A stretch of DNA of 36,591 nt, taken from NCBI RefSeq assembly GCF_001194135.2, contig NC_068985.1:120269905-120306495 (forward strand). Direction: 5' to 3'. Under the pieces are notes generated by a model. It did not search any database. It saw only the letters and a program-made list of their open reading frames with translations, and was not told the origin of the DNA. The translations under genes and the position numbers were made by a program. The stretch is from Octopus bimaculoides. Its lineage: Eukaryota. Positions 33,050-36,591 of this stretch are shown piece by piece; position 1 is the stretch's first letter, and every line of letters starts with the position of its first letter.

Positions 33050-36000
33050 TAATAATAATTTCTTTTATTTGCCACCAGGGCGGAGGATGAGGTGGATAAT
33101 ACAAAGACAGACATAAAGTGTGGGTGTTTTACATAGGATGGAACGATAAGAAAATAAAACAACGATGTGTACGCCGTGTACATCAAAAGAAGTGAAATAT
33201 TCATAGTATAAAGCAATATGTAAAAACAAAATGTGATGGGGTGGGGTCCTCCTAATACAGGGGGATCTCTAGGGATGCTCGAGAAACCCCAGCATCCAAG
33301 ATTAACCTGAATACCACGGACAAATACCTTTTCCAACTCCTTTCCTCCAACTCACAGGTCTACACTGAGAGAGGTACCATCCACTATTGCCATTTTCGCA
33401 AATTTCACCCACCTTTCCATAAATTCAAACGAGAACAGCCCCTCCCTCTCCATCCTCACTTTCCTTTACAAGTGAAACATGAAAAGGTTGATGAGGTCTT
33501 TACCAGGGAAGAATGTCTCAGTCCTCATTCTCGTCAGCCTTGTCCACCAGACAACCACTTTCGCCACAGCAACCAGGCAAGGGAAAACTGCCTTGCCTGC
33601 CCGATTAAAGGAGGATGTGGGGCAATCATCACTTTGGATTCGGACGACAGACGGATCCTTACCACACGCGACAGCAGCTTTTCGATATAACTCCACAAGT
33701 CGGCAATTACCGAACACTGAACGAGTGCATGCAGAACGGTTACGTCGCTCTGCGTATACCTCAGACAAGCTTGTCTGACACAACATCCGTGCCTGCAGAA
33801 TTTATATCGAACCGGTAGTACCTTTGGTAACACTGCCAAGTCAAAGAGATCTGGAAATTACCCATAGAGGCCCCGATCGAATGTGCTCCAGAACAGACTA
33901 GTCAGTTCGTCAGCGCCCAGAGACTCCCCTAAGGTGTCGTCGCACTCTCCCACCACTGATCCTACTGCCCGACTGGTAGAGGACAGCGAGCACCTAACAA
34001 GATTCTAGTTGCCAGGCGCCTAGTCTTGGTCTATCCTTCACCCAGGACTGCAGCTGCGTGAAAGAGACGAGTTGCAGAAATATGTGCCCCACAAACGGAG
34101 TCCGCGCACGTTCACCTTCTAGAAATTGTTGCAGGTAGCGAAACCTTAGTGCATGTCTGCGCTTCAAAAGCTATGGCATGCCTAAGCCACCACTCAGTGG
34201 GTGCTGACAGATTACTGACCGCCTGAAAATTGGAACGTGTCCCTTTCACAAGTACTTGAACAAGAGACGCTCCAAATTGATCAAGCAATAAGTGAAGCAA
34301 AGCACAGACGATAAATAATAATGGAGGCGATGTAGACATTCGTCATCTCTGCCCGACCTTTCATGGACAGCTTCCTTTCAGCCCATTTCTGAGTAAGACT
34401 GGCCACTCTGTTCGTCACGCCATCCCAGTTCTTATCCATCTGGAGGTCGGGACCAAACCAGATCCCGAGAAGTTTAACTGGTTTGCCAGTCTAGAATTCG
34501 ACGCTGCCGTCTGACACATCGACCTGCCTCTCCAGGTGCCCAGTCACAACCCCATCGCCTGCAACCGACTCTTATTCTTCTAGAATGGATTCGACTATCT
34601 CCACCTCGGGGGCGTCCGATACCTTGACGGTGACGTCATCCGCTTATGCAGACACTGCTCTTCCGAGTCCCAGTTCGAAATGGATACCCTGCAATGGTTC
34701 CAACGTCCGCAGCAGTGGGTCGAGAGCCAACACGTACAGAATAGGTCACAACGGACAGCCCTGACGGATCGAGCGTGTGATGCTAAACGGTTCCGATAGA
34801 TGGCCATTTACTTTGACCACCGAGTAGATGCCGCTGTGCATTGCAGAGATCCATCCTCTGAAAACAGGTCCGAAACCGGCCGCTTTAAGGAAGGCATCCA
34901 GGTAACGATGGTCGACCCTATCGAATGCCTTTGATTGGTCCAAATTGATTAGGGCCCCCACGAAAACCAGCTTTAATCCCAGCCCTCTCTATGATGTATC
35001 ACATAAGGTGGAGGCTGTAGTCGATTGACCTGCTCGAGATTGTGCACGTTTGTGCTTCCCCTACTAGACTACCAACGACAAACGCCAATCTTTTTGCTAA
35101 TGCGTTGGCCAAAATCGCAAACTCTGTGTTTAGCAGAGTTATGGGCCGAAACGTCTCTAGTATGTCCCCACTGTTTGTCGTTCTTCTTCAACAGTGTCAC
35201 CACACCCTGACTAACAGCACTGGGAATTCTCCCGTTTTGTTGCCAGTTGCCGTAAACGTCAGCCAAGAGGTCCTCAAACAAATACAATGAGTTCATAGGG
35301 CACACCCTCTAAAGCTGGCGATTTGCAACTTATGCAATCGCACATCGTCTTCCGTATTTCAGTGGCCGTTATCAATTCTTCGCAGAACCTCGCGTCCGCT
35401 ACCGAGATCCGGTCATCTAGGTACGAAATAATGTCCGCTACCGTCGTTAACCCATCTCCACCCCCAAAGTGTTGCGCGAAGCGCTGCTAAAAATCCGTAC
35501 ACATCTGCTCAGAACAATGTATCACACCCGCGTCCCGATCCGTCAGAGACCCGATCGTGGTTTTGTTGCCACGTCACGTATCCACCGTTCGATCCCATTC
35601 GACAGTTTTAGTTCCCTCATGCTTTAGCATACGGGTCTTAGCTCTGACAACGCAATCTTCATGTTTCGCCTCAAAGGAATGGTCAAGTACTCTCTTCACT
35701 GCTAAGACATCAGTCCCGATGCCTTTACTAATCGCCTCATCTAGTTTGCTAACTACTTATCCCTTTAATCTTTTCCTTTTGCTGACCTTTTGTTAAAATT
35801 AATTGATTCTTTTCTAATCCCCTTTTTCAGGGCTATCCACCACCGGTTGATAGCGATTGCCCCCGTCAACTACCGCTTAACTAGTTCGCTAATCCTGTCT
35901 CTGTAGTCACTGAGCACTGGAAGGGCGCATTTCAACTACCAGTAACCCGGTCACTGACTACGCGTCCTATCTAATCGACTGTGCAGATCACACATTTGTG

Positions 36001-36480
36001 GTCTGTGTAGCTGATCAATTTGAATTGTGGACAGCTTATACTATCCTTATACGCTGACCTAACAAGTACTATATCTAGATACCATCTGGATGACGCCTTG
36101 CGATTGCTCCATGTCCACACGGGCACACCAGGAAAATCGATACCTGTCAGAAAGCTGGATGTGTCAGAGCAGGAGTCCGAAGCTTTTACACCCACTGCTT
36201 CTATGAACTAAATTCACACAATCCTTCCGCATCTAAATTTAGGGATCTGAGTTCGTTGATCCGGTGAACCTGTTTCCAAGTCAAACCCAGGCCCCGATCA
36301 TTTACACAGCCAACACTAAGTGTAGCCATTTAACTTAGAGGAAAGAAAATGGTATTACGTAACTTCATCTTCAGGGATAACTGTTGACACAGTCTTCTTT
36401 TTGGTCGAGAGGGTAGCGGGGTAGGGTTTTTCTAGGAAGTCTTTTTTTGTAGGGGGGGTGTACTCACTAAACCCTCCAAT
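33050..36480 (-). mobile_element. L1-Tx1-like LINE, near-complete but dead ORF2 (APE endonuclease, RT, zinc knuckle) with 3' UTR and possible ORF1 tail
   Basis: ATG 36329: MATLSVGCVNDRGLG...ELRSLNLD; TWSN...SRWYLD...YTDHK (APE); PGYW*L; LDQSKAFDRVDH; RQGCPL; VSA*ADDVT (YADD with TAA at 34644-34646); KLLGIWFG; LPVR...HG...C...TVLHAL.QC; stop 33352-33354; AATAAA and (ATT)n at ~33050-33070. Confidence 0.92.
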
Positions 36481-36538
36481 TACCAGGGGAATTTCTGTTT
36501 CAAATCAAGATACGTATCCGTATCTGTTTGGATTAACA

Positions 36539-36591
<53 letters not shown>

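Overview
This is non-coding, AT-rich animal genomic DNA, dense in microsatellites and broken by 8 N-gaps next to them. The SINE families and repeat content look like a coleoid cephalopod (Octopus-like); that assignment is inferred from recalled repeat families and needs a BLAST check. I could not identify any intact host protein-coding gene, rRNA, tRNA or CRISPR array. Almost every listed ORF is either a translated microsatellite or a piece of a decayed transposon. Manual translation supports these elements: two Penelope-like fragments (an open RT frame running off the left edge, and a thumb/GIY-YIG copy enclosed by 117-bp inverted arms), four R4/Dong-type RLE non-LTR fragments clustered on (TAA)n tracts, two L1-Tx1-like LINEs, RTE-clade fragments, a mariner transposase remnant and a mariner deletion derivative with TIRs, a Helentron-associated (HINE-like) element, about 8 copies of one tRNA-derived SINE, a second SINE-like family and one unclassified repeat. 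The best leads are: an unexplained diverged ~140-bp inverted pair (10.3 kb / 12.1 kb) bracketing a candidate frame-preserving exon; a 3'-end motif shared by the SINE and the Tx1-like LINE (possible SINE-LINE partnership); the inverted-arm Penelope insertion with a degenerate hammerhead-like core; several inverted SINE arrangements that could form dsRNA; and a tandem microexon-like pair. I found no clearly novel multi-gene system. Identity counts are by eye.
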